Source: Eledone cirrhosa
Taxonomy: Eukaryota
Direction: 5' to 3'
Length of the DNA: 64,000 nt
Assembly (NCBI GenBank): GCA_964016885.1
Contig: OZ024761.1
Location: 5,394,001 to 5,458,000, forward strand
Shown: in pieces, positions 41,114 to 52,635 of the stretch
Layout: every line of letters begins with the position of its first letter
Numbering within the stretch: position 1 is the stretch's first letter
Notes under the pieces: model-generated
The model's input: the letters and a program-made list of their open reading frames with translations, nothing else
Database searches by the model: none
What the model was told of the DNA's origin: nothing
Made by a program: the position numbers and the translations under genes

Positions 41114-42385
41114 CTGTAATAATTAACAATCAGGTGTTAAACATGCAGGTGATATATCACATACAAGCAGGACACTTCAGAAATGAAAAAAAAAAAAATG
41201 GGGCGGGGGGGGGGGGGGGGGGGGATTTCTCTCCCACTCTTTACTTAATTCTCTCCCCTTGTATTTTGTAAAACCTGAGTGGTTATTATTTCACACTCTT
41301 TCACTTGACATCCCTCTTGTGTAGTTGTCTCATCTTCTCTGGGTCTCTTGTCCTTCCTCAAACATTCTATTCTCTATGTTGTCTGTATCGGTCTTCGAAG
41401 TCTAACAACTAGTTATTTCATTTCAGTATCACAGCCATTTTGTTTCAGTTTGTCTTTGATTTTATCTCGGGTATCTACAATTTTAATGTCTGGCAAACCT
41501 ATAGTCTGTCTGTCTGTCTTTCTATTCTATGTTTGTCTGTTGGAGTTATGAACTGTTGGAAACACTTGTCCTTTCAAGGAAGCTTATGTGTCTCTGTGTT
41601 TCTATATTGTCTGCATATAGTTATGTTTTCCTTTCTTCAGAACGGCACCTTCCTAATTTGGAAGTATCATGGCGCCACTCTAAGCTATAGTTTCTCTATG
41701 ATTTACTGATGGAACAAAAAACCTATTGATTTATAGGCCTGTTGAAGATTGGAAGGCTTCTGTTGTTCCAAGGTCAGCTTTACCTTTCATCTTTATGTAC
41801 CAGTAACACACTGCGGTTGATTTAAACAGCTTTCCCTCTCCTTCAAATTGCTGGCCTTGTGCCAAAAGATTGTTGTTGTCATTTTTATTAGTATAGCAGT
41901 AGTAGTAGTTGTTAATGTTGCTGTTATTATTGTTGGCAATATAGTTGTTGTTGCTGTTATTGTTGGTAATATAGTTGTTGTTGCTGTTATTTCCCCCCTC
42001 CCCAAATTGCTGGCTTTGTGCCTAGATCAGAAACCATTGTTGTGTGTGTCACATTTCACAGGATTTTCTCACTCATTTCTCTATAGACTAACTCTTTAGC
42101 ATTCACATTACTCTATATATACTATTGTATTTTCATGGTAAAGGCTTTACCTCACATAATATCTCACATAACATCTCGTATACGAGAGACGTGTGTTGAC
42201 GTGTGTGAACAAGCTCGGCTACCGAGTCGGATTTACTTACTCAAAAAGTGAGTTTTGATTAATTTTTTTATACTGTAATATACGTTAACCCCTTGCCTTG
42301 GTCGTCAAACTTTGAGTTTATTTATATTCGCCCCTTTTTGGGGCGAATTTTCCAGTTAAAAATTTATTACGGCAAACTAATAGAA

Positions 42386-44119
42386 ATGGACGGAATTTTC
42401 ACATCTCATCCTAACGTGAAAGCCACGCCCCCTAAGAAAGGTGATACAGAGAAGCTAGAAGCACAAGGCTCTAAGTCTTCCCTCCTGACTTCTGCAAAAG
42501 AAACATGGAACACGGAATTAAAAGAAAAATTTGAAAAAATGGGTGAAAACCCAGAAAGTCACATAAACGCAGACAAAAACAACAACGACAATAACAGCAA
42601 TAGTCACAACACCAACCAAGGAAAAAATAACGATAACACCAAACAAAGCGAACCCACTACTGGTACCTCCTTTGCACAGGCGGTCCGGAAAACACAAACC
42701 TGCAAGCAACTGGACATTACAACTCTGAGAGAAAAGATGAAGGAAGCGAAACAGTATGTAACTTTCAAAGAAGGAGGAGACTTCACAATCACCTCCCCAC
42801 AAGAAATCAAAAGAGACACGACGCTAAGAACGATATCTTTCAGAACAATTTCCAACATAACAAGGAAACCAACTCAATTATCCCAAAAAGAGATTGAGCT
42901 GGTCCTAAAAAATGTGTGGAGTGATATATCGTTCATACAAAAAGGGCCACTCTATGGGAATATAACGGTCCTAATGAAGGATCAATTGACGGCCAGGAAA
43001 TACTCTGTGGCACCAATTGTTTCCAAGCTACATACATTTTTCCCCACATATTTAGGGAAAAGAACGCAGAAGATAAGGGTCTCCGGAATCCGGCCAAATG
43101 CATGCATTTCCTGGGTACTAACAGGGTTTTTAGAAGACGAGGACGGAATCCTCTCAGTAGGAGAAGTCACCACAGACGTTTTCGGCGGTTTGAGCGTGGA
43201 GGTTCTGGTCCAAATGAGACCAGAACGAATCGCTAGAATACCACAGAGGGTGTCCCTCGATGGAGAAACATTTATATATATTTCAGCCGAGGGTAGGAGG
43301 CCCATATGTTACTACTGTTCAAGCAGGGGTCATCTAAGGGCTGCTTGTCCTCAATTGACAAAAAAAAAGGCTCTTTTGCCTACACCCCACACACCACCAC
43401 CGCCACCACCACCACCACCACCACCACCACCACAACAACAACAAAAACAACAGGGAAAAATAACACAAGACACGGCCCCACCCAAAACAACTCCCAAAAC
43501 ACACACAAATACAACAAAACCCCAAAATACACCACTACCCGACAGCACGGACGAGGACCCAGCGGAAACGGCACCTAGTGACGAAGAGGGGGAACCCTTC
43601 CAACCTGTAAAAAGGAAAAAAAGAAAGCACCACTCGAACATAAACGAAACAAACACACAACCACCAACAAAAACAAAACAAACAGAACAAACAAAATCCG
43701 CCCCACCCCAAAACATAACACATACAACAAAACGTAAGCACACACAAGAACAACAAACAAACACAACACAAATAAAACAGTATACATACATTAACACAAA
43801 TAACAAAGAACTAGTAAAAACAATACACAAAGACCCTTTGGTGGAAACTGAAGGGCAATTCTTTGCAAGCGCGGCCAACAAACCGCATTTAAAAATGATA
43901 AGACTCCCAATGGACACCTATGCAAAACTAAGAGAGAACTTTCCTGAGGACGTGGGGAAAACATGTACTCGACCCTATAACCGCGTCCTCTTGAAACGTT
44001 TCCCCACCCACACCTCACCAAACACCCCCACTCCACCACAGAACAACACCCCACCAAACAACCCCTCCAATACGCCCATGGATATTGTGCAACCTGCTCC
44101 TCAGGAGCCGAACAGGTAG
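42386..44119 (+). CDS. LINE ORF1 (gag-like nucleic-acid-binding protein, 577 aa from first ATG)
   Basis: SFAQAV motif, CCHC knuckle CYYCSSRGHLRAAC, low-complexity P/T/Q tail with basic KRKKRK. Confidence 0.88.
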   Translation: MDGIFTSHPNVKATPPKKGDTEKLEAQGSKSSLLTSAKETWNTELKEKFEKMGENPESHINADKNNNDNNSNSHNTNQGKNNDNTKQSEPTTGTSFAQAVRKTQTCKQLDITTLREKMKEAKQYVTFKEGGDFTITSPQEIKRDTTLRTISFRTISNITRKPTQLSQKEIELVLKNVWSDISFIQKGPLYGNITVLMKDQLTARKYSVAPIVSKLHTFFPTYLGKRTQKIRVSGIRPNACISWVLTGFLEDEDGILSVGEVTTDVFGGLSVEVLVQMRPERIARIPQRVSLDGETFIYISAEGRRPICYYCSSRGHLRAACPQLTKKKALLPTPHTPPPPPPPPPPPPPQQQQKQQGKITQDTAPPKTTPKTHTNTTKPQNTPLPDSTDEDPAETAPSDEEGEPFQPVKRKKRKHHSNINETNTQPPTKTKQTEQTKSAPPQNITHTTKRKHTQEQQTNTTQIKQYTYINTNNKELVKTIHKDPLVETEGQFFASAANKPHLKMIRLPMDTYAKLRENFPEDVGKTCTRPYNRVLLKRFPTHTSPNTPTPPQNNTPPNNPSNTPMDIVQPAPQEPNR

Positions 44120-44140
44120 GTCCTTCCTCTTTTAACCAAC

Positions 44141-47100
44141 ATGGCTGATATAAGAGTTGGGTTTCTGAATGTACGTGGCCTGGGACTGTCTTGGAAACAA
44201 GGCAAACTTTTAAACGATCTCAGGTCACATAGAATGGATGTAATGGCTATTTGCGAGTCCAGGATCAGCAGCGAGCACCAACTGGCGCCCCTCTTCGACG
44301 ACTTTGAGATCTTCGCATCTCTCTGTCAACCGGGGGGTGGGGGTGGAGTTGTCATTCTGCTGCGAAAACACCTGGGCCTCGCCATACAGAAGGTGCACCT
44401 GGACCCGGAGGGTCGACTGGTGGTTTTAGACGTCGGCAGTAGTGAAAGTGGAGCCCTTAGACTAATAGCTGTGTACGCCCCTTTTTGGGCAGCGCGGCCG
44501 GAATACTTCCAACGTCTGGAAACTTTTCTGGGAACGTCCCGCTCCTTGCTTTTAGTGGGGGACTGGAATGGTATCCTGGATGCACGTTGGGACTATGTAG
44601 GGGCATGTGCCAATAGAGGGGGGTGTAAAAGCCTCAAAAGGTTAATCGGCCGATTTGACCTGGCCGATAGATATCGACTAGATTTTCCGACTGTACCACT
44701 ATGGACGTGGACCAATCGCAGTGGAACATCTAGGTCGTACCTAGATAGGGTCCTAGTTAGAGAGAACGATAGGGACACATTTAGCTGTCCAAAAATGTTC
44801 ATGGTTGACTATTCGGATCACAAGTTAGTGACCTGCATAGCCAACCTTGATAGAACCCATAGACAGGGACCCGGTTACTGGAAGCTGAACTTGTCCTTAC
44901 CGAGAAGCAAAGCTTACAGTAAACGGATTAGCACGTTAGTTAAGCAGAATTTGACAGGGGCAATTGTCAACAACAGGTGGTGGAGCTCTCTTAAGAGAGC
45001 AATTAGAATAGAATCGATAGGTTTTAGTCAGGAATTAGCAAGGGATAGGAACAAGACGGAAAGGGAATTAGTAGATAGAGTAGAAGAGGCGATTAGGAGT
45101 GGCAATGTAGCCGGCGTGCTGGCATCAAGAATGGCCTTAGACCAGTTCTTTGAGGTGAAGCATGAAGGCTGCGTTGTCAGGAGTAAAATACGTGCTCTGG
45201 GTAATGAGGGAGCCAAAGCTGTAAGCTGGGCCCGAGTGATAGAGGCAAAAAGTGGGAACAAGTCCACGATTCGGTCTTTGAAGGACCAGGATGGGCGTGT
45301 GATCCTTGAACCTGGGCAGATGTGTGCGGCCTTTCAGCGGCACTTTGCACGACTGTTCGAGAGGGGCGGCGCGCCGGGTGAGACTATGGATTTCAATCCA
45401 TACCTCGACGGTCTGCCGCGCCTCTCGGACGCGGAGGCGAAGTCCTGCGAAAGGACGATTTCAGCTGCTGAGATAGGGGCGGCGCTGAGCCAATGCGGCA
45501 AACGCAAATCCCCGGGTCTCGATGGTCTACCATACGAGCTATATGTAGCGATGCCGGACTTGTTCTCCGATATCCTCGAAGCGGTCTACTGCAACTGGCA
45601 GCAGAACGGGAGAATTCCCAGTTCTGTGACCAAGGGCGTAGTTACGCTGGTGAGGAAGGATGAGAACAAGGGGGATGACATAAGTAACTTCAGGCCCATA
45701 ACTCTGCTAAATACAGAGTTAAAGATTTTGGCCAAGGTGTTAGCGAAGAGGTTGGCGCTTGTCGTTGGAAACCTGGTGGGAGAAGCGCAGACATGCGCAA
45801 TCCCGTCCAGGTCCATTCACGACAATCTCCACCTTATGCGATACATCATAGAGAGGGTAGGGAATGAACCCGGCTTTGGTGGGGCCCTGATCAACTTGGA
45901 TCAATCTAAAGCTTTCGATAGGGTTGACCATCGTTACCTGGATGCGGTGCTCGCGGCGGCAGGCTTCGGACCCGTTTTCAGGGGTTGGATTGCTGCGATG
46001 CACAGCAGCAACGTCTGCTCAAGGGTCAAGGTGAACGGCCACCTCTCGGAGCCGTTCCAAATCATGCGATCCATCCGACAGGGATGCCCTCTCTCCTCCC
46101 TACTGTATGTGCTGGCTCTTGAGCCACTACTGCGGAAGTTGGAGCGGTTGCAGGGCATCCCTTTGGAACCGGGATTGCAGAAAGCGGCGTCGGCCTACGC
46201 CGATGACGTGACAGTAATGGTGTCGAAAACCTCGCAAATCGGTGAGATCGGCACCTTACTGGAGGAATATGAAAGGTTTACAGGAGCCAAGCTGAACCGG
46301 GACAAGTCCGTCGGTTTGCAACTCGGAACATGGAGAGGCAAACCGATGCCCTCCAACGACGTCGTCGGACGCTGGACGGAGGGCCCGGTGAAGCTGCTTG
46401 GGGTCTGGTTCGGACCAGACCTCCAGGTGGAGAAAAACTGGAACGAGGTAACGGCCAGGGTGTTTGCACTCACCCAGAAGTGGGCCCAGTGCAAACTATC
46501 CCTGAAAGGTCGAGCGGAGGTGGCGAATACTTATATAGCATCCGTCATCTACTACCGCTTGACCGTCGTGCCTTGCCCAGTGAAAAGACTCGCCAAAATG
46601 GAGTGCGCGCTGTTCCAATTTCTTTGGAACAAGCGGACCCCTTTGGTGAGGAGATCCATCTGCTGTCAACACCCTTCGAAAGGAGGGCTGGGGATGCCGT
46701 GGCTACAGATGCGTAAACACGCATTAAGGCTACGGCACCTCCAGGTATTCCTCACCGGTCAACCGGTGTGGGCCCCGTTTGTGAGGCGAGCCTTTCCCAG
46801 ACTCGTCTCGCTCACCGAGCTGCAATCCTGGGTCAAGCAAAGACCGAGAAAAGTGGGCGACTGGCACATTGAATGTGCCCAGGCGCTCACGGCCCTCTGG
46901 AAAGCGGACCCGGCAATCAGTAGAGACTCCACCTCGACATTCTATAGAGGGTTGGTACGCAGCAGGTGCGACGATGCTCTCGGAGAAGCTCTAGGCATGG
47001 AGGAAGATGAACTGGCCAGTCTGTTCGGTAGGACGTTTGGCCCTGGACCGATGGACAACTTCCAAAAGTCCCTGGCTTGGCAGTGCTACCGAGGGGCTCT

Positions 47101-47578
47101 ACCCGTTCGAGACAAGCTCCACAGACATGGGAGCCTGGGTAGAGATCCTTTGAATAAGATCTGTCCGAGATGCGTGCATGATGACGAAACCGTTGCGCAC
47201 GCATTCGTACACTGCCCAGGCATTGCTGACCTGTGGGGCTATGTGGAACGACTACTGTCGAGGGTGGGACCAATCCGGTTGACCACCGAGTCCATTGTCA
47301 CGATCAAACCGCCTCCCCCTTTCAAAAACGAAGGAGAGGCGGTTTTTCTCTGTGTGGTAGCCATGGCTAAAGAAGTTGTATGGTGGACGAGGCTGAAAGG
47401 GCTGAGGTCAGACACCTTTCTCTCCGGCCAACAACTGGTCCCCTTTTTCAAATACCATTTTAAAAGAAGGATCAGAATGGAGAGAGAGGTGCTCTACCCC
47501 AGCAAGTTTTATGAAAGGTGGGTGAAAGTAGGGAGAATGGCCAGAGTGAATGGGTCTTCTCTCTATATCAGCCTGTAG
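44141..47578 (+). CDS. LINE ORF2: APE endonuclease, reverse transcriptase and C-terminal zinc finger (1145 aa)
   Basis: EN motifs NVRGL, VYAP, GDWN, YLDR, SDH; RT motifs SPGLDG, FRPITLLN, DQSKAFDRVDH, RQGCPLS, YADD; CPRC...HAFVHC. Confidence 0.96.
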   Translation: MADIRVGFLNVRGLGLSWKQGKLLNDLRSHRMDVMAICESRISSEHQLAPLFDDFEIFASLCQPGGGGGVVILLRKHLGLAIQKVHLDPEGRLVVLDVGSSESGALRLIAVYAPFWAARPEYFQRLETFLGTSRSLLLVGDWNGILDARWDYVGACANRGGCKSLKRLIGRFDLADRYRLDFPTVPLWTWTNRSGTSRSYLDRVLVRENDRDTFSCPKMFMVDYSDHKLVTCIANLDRTHRQGPGYWKLNLSLPRSKAYSKRISTLVKQNLTGAIVNNRWWSSLKRAIRIESIGFSQELARDRNKTERELVDRVEEAIRSGNVAGVLASRMALDQFFEVKHEGCVVRSKIRALGNEGAKAVSWARVIEAKSGNKSTIRSLKDQDGRVILEPGQMCAAFQRHFARLFERGGAPGETMDFNPYLDGLPRLSDAEAKSCERTISAAEIGAALSQCGKRKSPGLDGLPYELYVAMPDLFSDILEAVYCNWQQNGRIPSSVTKGVVTLVRKDENKGDDISNFRPITLLNTELKILAKVLAKRLALVVGNLVGEAQTCAIPSRSIHDNLHLMRYIIERVGNEPGFGGALINLDQSKAFDRVDHRYLDAVLAAAGFGPVFRGWIAAMHSSNVCSRVKVNGHLSEPFQIMRSIRQGCPLSSLLYVLALEPLLRKLERLQGIPLEPGLQKAASAYADDVTVMVSKTSQIGEIGTLLEEYERFTGAKLNRDKSVGLQLGTWRGKPMPSNDVVGRWTEGPVKLLGVWFGPDLQVEKNWNEVTARVFALTQKWAQCKLSLKGRAEVANTYIASVIYYRLTVVPCPVKRLAKMECALFQFLWNKRTPLVRRSICCQHPSKGGLGMPWLQMRKHALRLRHLQVFLTGQPVWAPFVRRAFPRLVSLTELQSWVKQRPRKVGDWHIECAQALTALWKADPAISRDSTSTFYRGLVRSRCDDALGEALGMEEDELASLFGRTFGPGPMDNFQKSLAWQCYRGALPVRDKLHRHGSLGRDPLNKICPRCVHDDETVAHAFVHCPGIADLWGYVERLLSRVGPIRLTTESIVTIKPPPPFKNEGEAVFLCVVAMAKEVVWWTRLKGLRSDTFLSGQQLVPFFKYHFKRRIRMEREVLYPSKFYERWVKVGRMARVNGSSLYISL

Positions 47579-47815
47579 GTGAAAGAAGAGGAAAAAGCGG
47601 AGACGAGGGAAGCACCTACTCTTTGTGCTCCTGAGGAGAAGGGTTACACATTTTTTCCGGGGTGTGTGCGACCCATGTTAATGCCCCCTCCCTATTGAGG
47701 ACTTCGTTTGTTGTTGTTATTTCATTGTTATATTTTTGTACTCGTTAATTATATGTAAACTTCCCCCCTTGTATCTGTCCCTACCTTTTGTGCCCTAGTG
47801 GCAAATAAAGAAACC

Positions 47816-48490
47816 ACTCTATATATACTATTGTATTTTCATGGTAAAGGCTTTACCTCACATAATACCTCACATAACATTTACATTACTCTATATATAC
47901 TATTGTATTTTCATGGTAAAGGCTTTACCTCACATAATACCTCACATAACATTTACATTACTCTATATATACTATTGTATTTTCATGGTAAAGGCTTTAC
48001 CTCACATAACATTTACATTACTCTATATATACTATTGTATTTTCATGGTAAAGGCTTTACCTCAGATAATATCTTACATAACATTTACATTACTCTATAT
48101 ATACTATTGTATTTTCATGGTAAAGGCTTTACCTCACATAATATCTCAAATAACATTTACATTACTCTATATATACTATTGTATTTTCACAGTAAAGACT
48201 TTCCCTCACATAATATCTTACATAACATTTACATTACTCTATATATACTATTGTATTTTCACAGTAAAGACTTTCCCTCACATAATATCTCACATAACAT
48301 TTACATTACTCTATATATACTATTGTATTTTCACAGTAAAGGCTTTACCTCACATAATATCTCACATAACATTTACATTACTCTATATATATACTATTGT
48401 ATTTTCATGGTAAAGGCTTTACCTCACATACCATTTACATTACTCTATATATACTATTGTATTTTCATAGTAAAGGCTTTACCTCACATA
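47816..48490 (+). repeat. 72/60-bp minisatellite of MITE-A, ~10 copies
   Basis: Reverse complement of the array at 11860-12978. Confidence 0.96.
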
Positions 48491-48630
48491 ATATTGAACC
48501 TATGAGATTTTGAAAGTATTTATTTTGAGAACAATACCTTAACATCAGTTTGAGTGACCAGTTACAGCCAGTTTCAACAGAAAAAGGTAGAGAATTATGG
48601 CCGGTTTTGGCCAGTTTGAGCATTAAAGGG

Positions 48631-48832
48631 TTAAACTGGCCGCATCCAGTCAGAATTCTCTCACCTCTTTCTGTTCAAATGTACCATAACTGACTGCTCA
48701 TACTTATGTTAAAGTATTGTTCTCAAAATAAATATCAAAATCTCATAGGTTTGATATTATATGAGACAATTATGTGAAATAAAACCTTTACTGTGAAAAT
48801 ATAACAGTAAATATAATGTAAATGGTAATGGG
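48631..48832. mobile_element. Second MITE-A copy, head-to-head with the preceding one
   Basis: ttaaactggccgcatcc...aatggtaatggg; co-linear with 33136-33357. Confidence 0.8.
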
Positions 48833-48868
48833 TTAGACATACAAACAAACAAAGAAAAGTTATCTTAC

Positions 48869-49030
48869 CATAGAGTTTCTGGATTCCATTGACATCATCT
48901 TTAGGGAGGCGGTAATAATTTGACTGTTTCCCAGCATACCATGGATACATCAGTGATCCTGGGGTCTTGCTATGGGACAAACCCAAAGCATGACCAAACT
49001 CGTGAGCCGCAACCATAAATAGGTTGACTC
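48869..49030 (-). CDS. MMP exon with the catalytic zinc-binding motif
   Basis: 162 bp, phase 1-1. Encodes [19 protein letters not shown] (HExxHxxGxxH), Met-turn [21 protein letters not shown]. Confidence 0.97.
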
Positions 49031-49494
49031 CTGTAAATAGAGAAGCAACACATACGTATATATATATATATATATACATGTATCTAGGATCGATCAACAT
49101 TTGTCAAATAGGACCGTGGAAACAATGTTTCCGTCGGTCTTTCCAATTGCTAATACTATCTATCGGTCGCAACTCCAGGTAGAAGGAGCAATGTGAAATA
49201 AAGTGTCTTGCTCAAGGACATAACGCATCACCCAGGCCAGGAATCGAACTGACAACATCAAGATTGTGAATCCAATTCTCTAACCACTCAGCCATATATA
49301 TATATATATAGTTAGTGCCACAACAAAGTAGCAAACCATCACCGAGGATGCATGTTTCACCCGGATTCTCATCAACTCAAGTGAGGTTGAATTAACTTTA
49401 TACTGAACTCGTCCTATGGAATGAGTGCTCTCCTTACTACAGATATAACCTCCTGGGGTTCTACCACATATATCATATATATCACATATATATT

Positions 49495-49925
49495 GGTGTT
49501 AGGAAGGGCATCCAGCTGTAGAAAACCCGCCAGACAGTCCACGCTGTAATGTGGCCGTGTAGGCAACACGGTAAAAACCTCCCAGCCCCACACTGTAAAT
49601 GTGGTTGGTGTTAGGAAGGGCATCCAACTGTAGAAAACCCGCCAGACAGTCCTATGCGAGCAAGACAACCACTCTTGCCTCAAGTGGGAAAACCCCCGTC
49701 CAAACCCATGCAAGCGTGGAACACGGACGCTAAACCTGATGATGATGATGATGATGATGATCATCATCATCATTTAACGTCTATCTTCCACGCTAGCATG
49801 GGTTAGACGGGAATTGTTCCACTTGAGGCAAGAATGGTCGGGTGACCGTGTCTCGCTCATATAGGACTATCTGGCAGGTTTTCTATGGTTGGATGTCCTT
49901 CCTAACACCAACCACATTTACAGTG
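49495..49925. mobile_element. Two tail-to-tail RTE-related SINE-like elements
   Basis: (GAT)n/(CAT)n tails meet at ~49760; the left copy is the reverse complement of 63135-63400. Confidence 0.75.
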
Positions 49926-50014
49926 TGGATATATATATATATATATATATATATCACTCAGACAATGGTACTGACATGTACCCAGGTACAGGCATATATA
50001 CACAGATAATTTTA

Positions 50015-50173
<159 letters not shown>

Positions 50174-50225
50174 CTAGTCAGTGATTTGGTTATATGACAC
50201 ATAAATACATGCATTTGTATATGTA

Positions 50226-50555
50226 TGGGCCTGTAACTCTTGAGGGAGTCATAGGGCTGCCTAGATGAGGCTCTCCCTTCACCAGGCCTGTAACTCCTGA
50301 TGAAGTTTTAGGGCTGCCTAGATGAGGCCCTCCCTTCTCCAGGCCTGTAACTCCTGATGAAGTTTTAGGGCTGCCTAGATGAGGCCCTCCCTTCTCTAGG
50401 CCTGTAACTCCTGATGAAGTTTTAGGGCTGCCTAGATGAGGCCCTCCCTTCTCTAGGCCTGTAACTCCTGATGGAGGTTTAGGGCTGCCTAGATGAGGCC
50501 CTCCCTTCTCTAGGCCTGTAACTCCTGATGGAGGTTTAGGGCTGCCTAGTTGAGC
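50226..50555 (+). repeat. Minisatellite, 57-bp unit, ~6 copies
   Basis: Unit ggcctgtaactcctgatgaagttttagggctgcctagatgaggccctcccttctcta. Confidence 0.93.
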
Positions 50556-50715
50556 TCCCTTAGAGTTTCCAGACCATGATGTGAAATCATCATCATCATT
50601 ATTTAAAGTCCATTTTCTACACTGGCATGGGTTAAACGAGTTGTTCTTGAATATATTTTCTTTGTTCAATAAAGGCCATTGAGTTCCTTAAACATCTGTA
50701 AGATTAAAAAAAGGA

Positions 50716-51175
50716 AGGAGCTGATCATCAGATCAGACCAAGGAAACAATGTTTCTATTGGACTTTCCATTACTGATACTATCTGTCAGTCACAACTCCT
50801 GGCAGAAGAAAGGAGCTGATCATCAGATCAGACCAAGGAAACAATGTCTCCATTCGTCTTTCCATTACTGATACTATCTGTCAGTCACAACTCCTGGCAG
50901 AAGAAAGGAGCTGATCATCAGATCAGACCAAGGAAACAATGTTTCCATTGGTCTTTCCATTACTGATACTATGTCAGTCACAACTCCTGGCAGAAGAAAG
51001 GAGCTGATCATCAGATCAGACCAAAGAAACAATGTTTCTATTGGTCTTTCCATTACTGATACTATCTGTCAGTCACAACTCCTGACACAAGATAGGAGCT
51101 GACCATCAGATCAGACCAAGGACACAATGTCCCCATTGCTGATACTATCTGTGGGTTGCAATTCCTGGCAGAAGA
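50716..51175 (+). repeat. Minisatellite, ~95-bp unit, ~5 copies
   Basis: Unit aggagctgatcatcagatcagaccaaggaaacaatgtttc...; a diverged single copy lies at ~49090-49185. Confidence 0.9.
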
Positions 51176-51826
51176 ATGTGGGATTTGAACTCAGTATGAA
51201 CAGAGTTGGATTAGATTACACAAAAAAAAAAAAAAAAGCCTGTCCAACACTTTAACAATTCTGCTGATCCACTCTTTCAACTGGTATTTATCAACTACAT
51301 AAGGGCATGTGGTTAGAATGTCTCAGGAAAAAAATGCTGGATAGATTTTATGGGCAAAACCAACTGGCAGGAGACCTGACCCCGAGCAATATGGTTGGAT
51401 AACATCCATGAGCTTGGCTGGTCATGGTTGGAGACAGTTCCTTTTGACCAGACCCACTGGAAGGTGTGTTTAATGACTCTGCCACCACAGCCCTCTCAGG
51501 AATAAGTGGGCAGAGAAGGACTACTGAGAATATACTGAGCCAGCTCAGTTACCACTAAAGATCCTGCCCAACATTTTAACAATTCCACCAATCCATTATT
51601 CCTGGTCGTACTTTATTTATCTACCCTAAAAGACTGAATGGCAAAGTTGACCTTAATGCTATTTAAACTCAGCTCAAAGCATAGGGAACCAGGACAAACA
51701 CAATGCCCTGATGCTCCTGTAAACTCTGCCAAATATCAACTGTAGACATCCTTCCTCAGTGATCTGTAAGCCTATTGGATAACAAATCCACATATTTATT
51801 ACCACAAAGTGAAAGTAGAAACTAAC

Positions 51827-52020
51827 CTGGTCCATCAAATGGGTAACCATCTTGGTGGTATTTTTGGGCAAACATAATCCGAATATCGGCATCCTTCTTG
51901 CCTGAACCAAACATGAGTTCGGTAAAAGTAAGGTGTGTCACTTGACTCCACACACGGAACGCATCATAAATAACCTTTCTTATTTTGTCAAACTTCACAT
52001 CGGGACTGTAGTTTAGGAAC
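51827..52020 (-). CDS. MMP exon, N-terminal part of the catalytic domain (signal and pro-domain exons not seen in window)
   Basis: ttgcag|...|gttag, 194 bp, phase 2-1. Encodes FLNYSPDV...AFRVWSQVTHLTFTE...ADIRIMFAQKYHQDGYPFDGPG. Confidence 0.95.
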
Positions 52021-52340
52021 CTGCAATAGAGAAGAAATTCAACCAGTTAGTTTAGTAATACACCAGTTAGTTTAGTAATTAACCAGTTAGTATATTAATT
52101 AAAACATAGACAGATGATTGGGAGGGAAATGTCAGTTGACATAGAGACGCAATAAATATTTGCTCTGTAGGTTTATATATACTTATATATATATTCAAAC
52201 CTTATTGAGTTCTCTCTGGATTTTGGTCTTTGTATTTATTTTTATTACTGTCAACATGAAGGGACCTGTTATTTTTCTCTAAAAACATTTTTCCAATCCC
52301 ACCCTGCCCGTCCCTTCAATCTATCTAATTTCTCATTCTT

Positions 52341-52376
52341 TCTTCTGATGAAGGACTAGCGTCCGAAACGTTAAGA
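52341..52376 (+). ncRNA. Minimal type I hammerhead ribozyme motif (Penelope-like element type)
   Basis: tctt-CTGATGA-a-ggac tagc gtcc-GAAAC-GT-T-aaga: stem I, core, stem II, and palindromic mini stem III. Confidence 0.7.
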
Positions 52377-52635
52377 CCTTCTTCCTGCTATTTCAAACGT
52401 TAACCTAATATATTCCTTCCATAGACTGTACCGATTGTGTTGTTATTTGTTTACCTTTTACATACACACACACACACACATGTATATATATACTCTTCAA
52501 TATAGAAATGGCTTCTACAGGACTAGAACTGTTTCATTACCCCTGATTGAACCCAGGATACACACACACACACATATATGAAACAAAAGTAAAGATGGGC
52601 ACTTGGATGAATCACGAGAGTAAAAAAGGTAAACA

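Larger units (their letters stand above)
42175..47815 (+). mobile_element. Apparently intact Tx1/L1-clade non-LTR retrotransposon (~5.6 kb), antisense in an MMP intron
   Basis: 5' UTR, two uninterrupted ORFs 21 bp apart, 3' UTR with AATAAA at 47804; both junctions lie in the 72-bp array. Confidence 0.93.
42092..48630. mobile_element. MITE family A (inverted relative to 11709) with 72-bp array, split by a Tx1-like LINE
   Basis: taa|ctctttagcatt at left, cattaaaggg|ttaa at right; array units at 42105-42174 and 47816-48490. Confidence 0.8.

Noticed and set aside
42293-42385. ORF1 start at TTG as given in the ORF track
   Set aside because: Non-ATG start from a prokaryote-style caller; the first in-frame ATG is at 42386.
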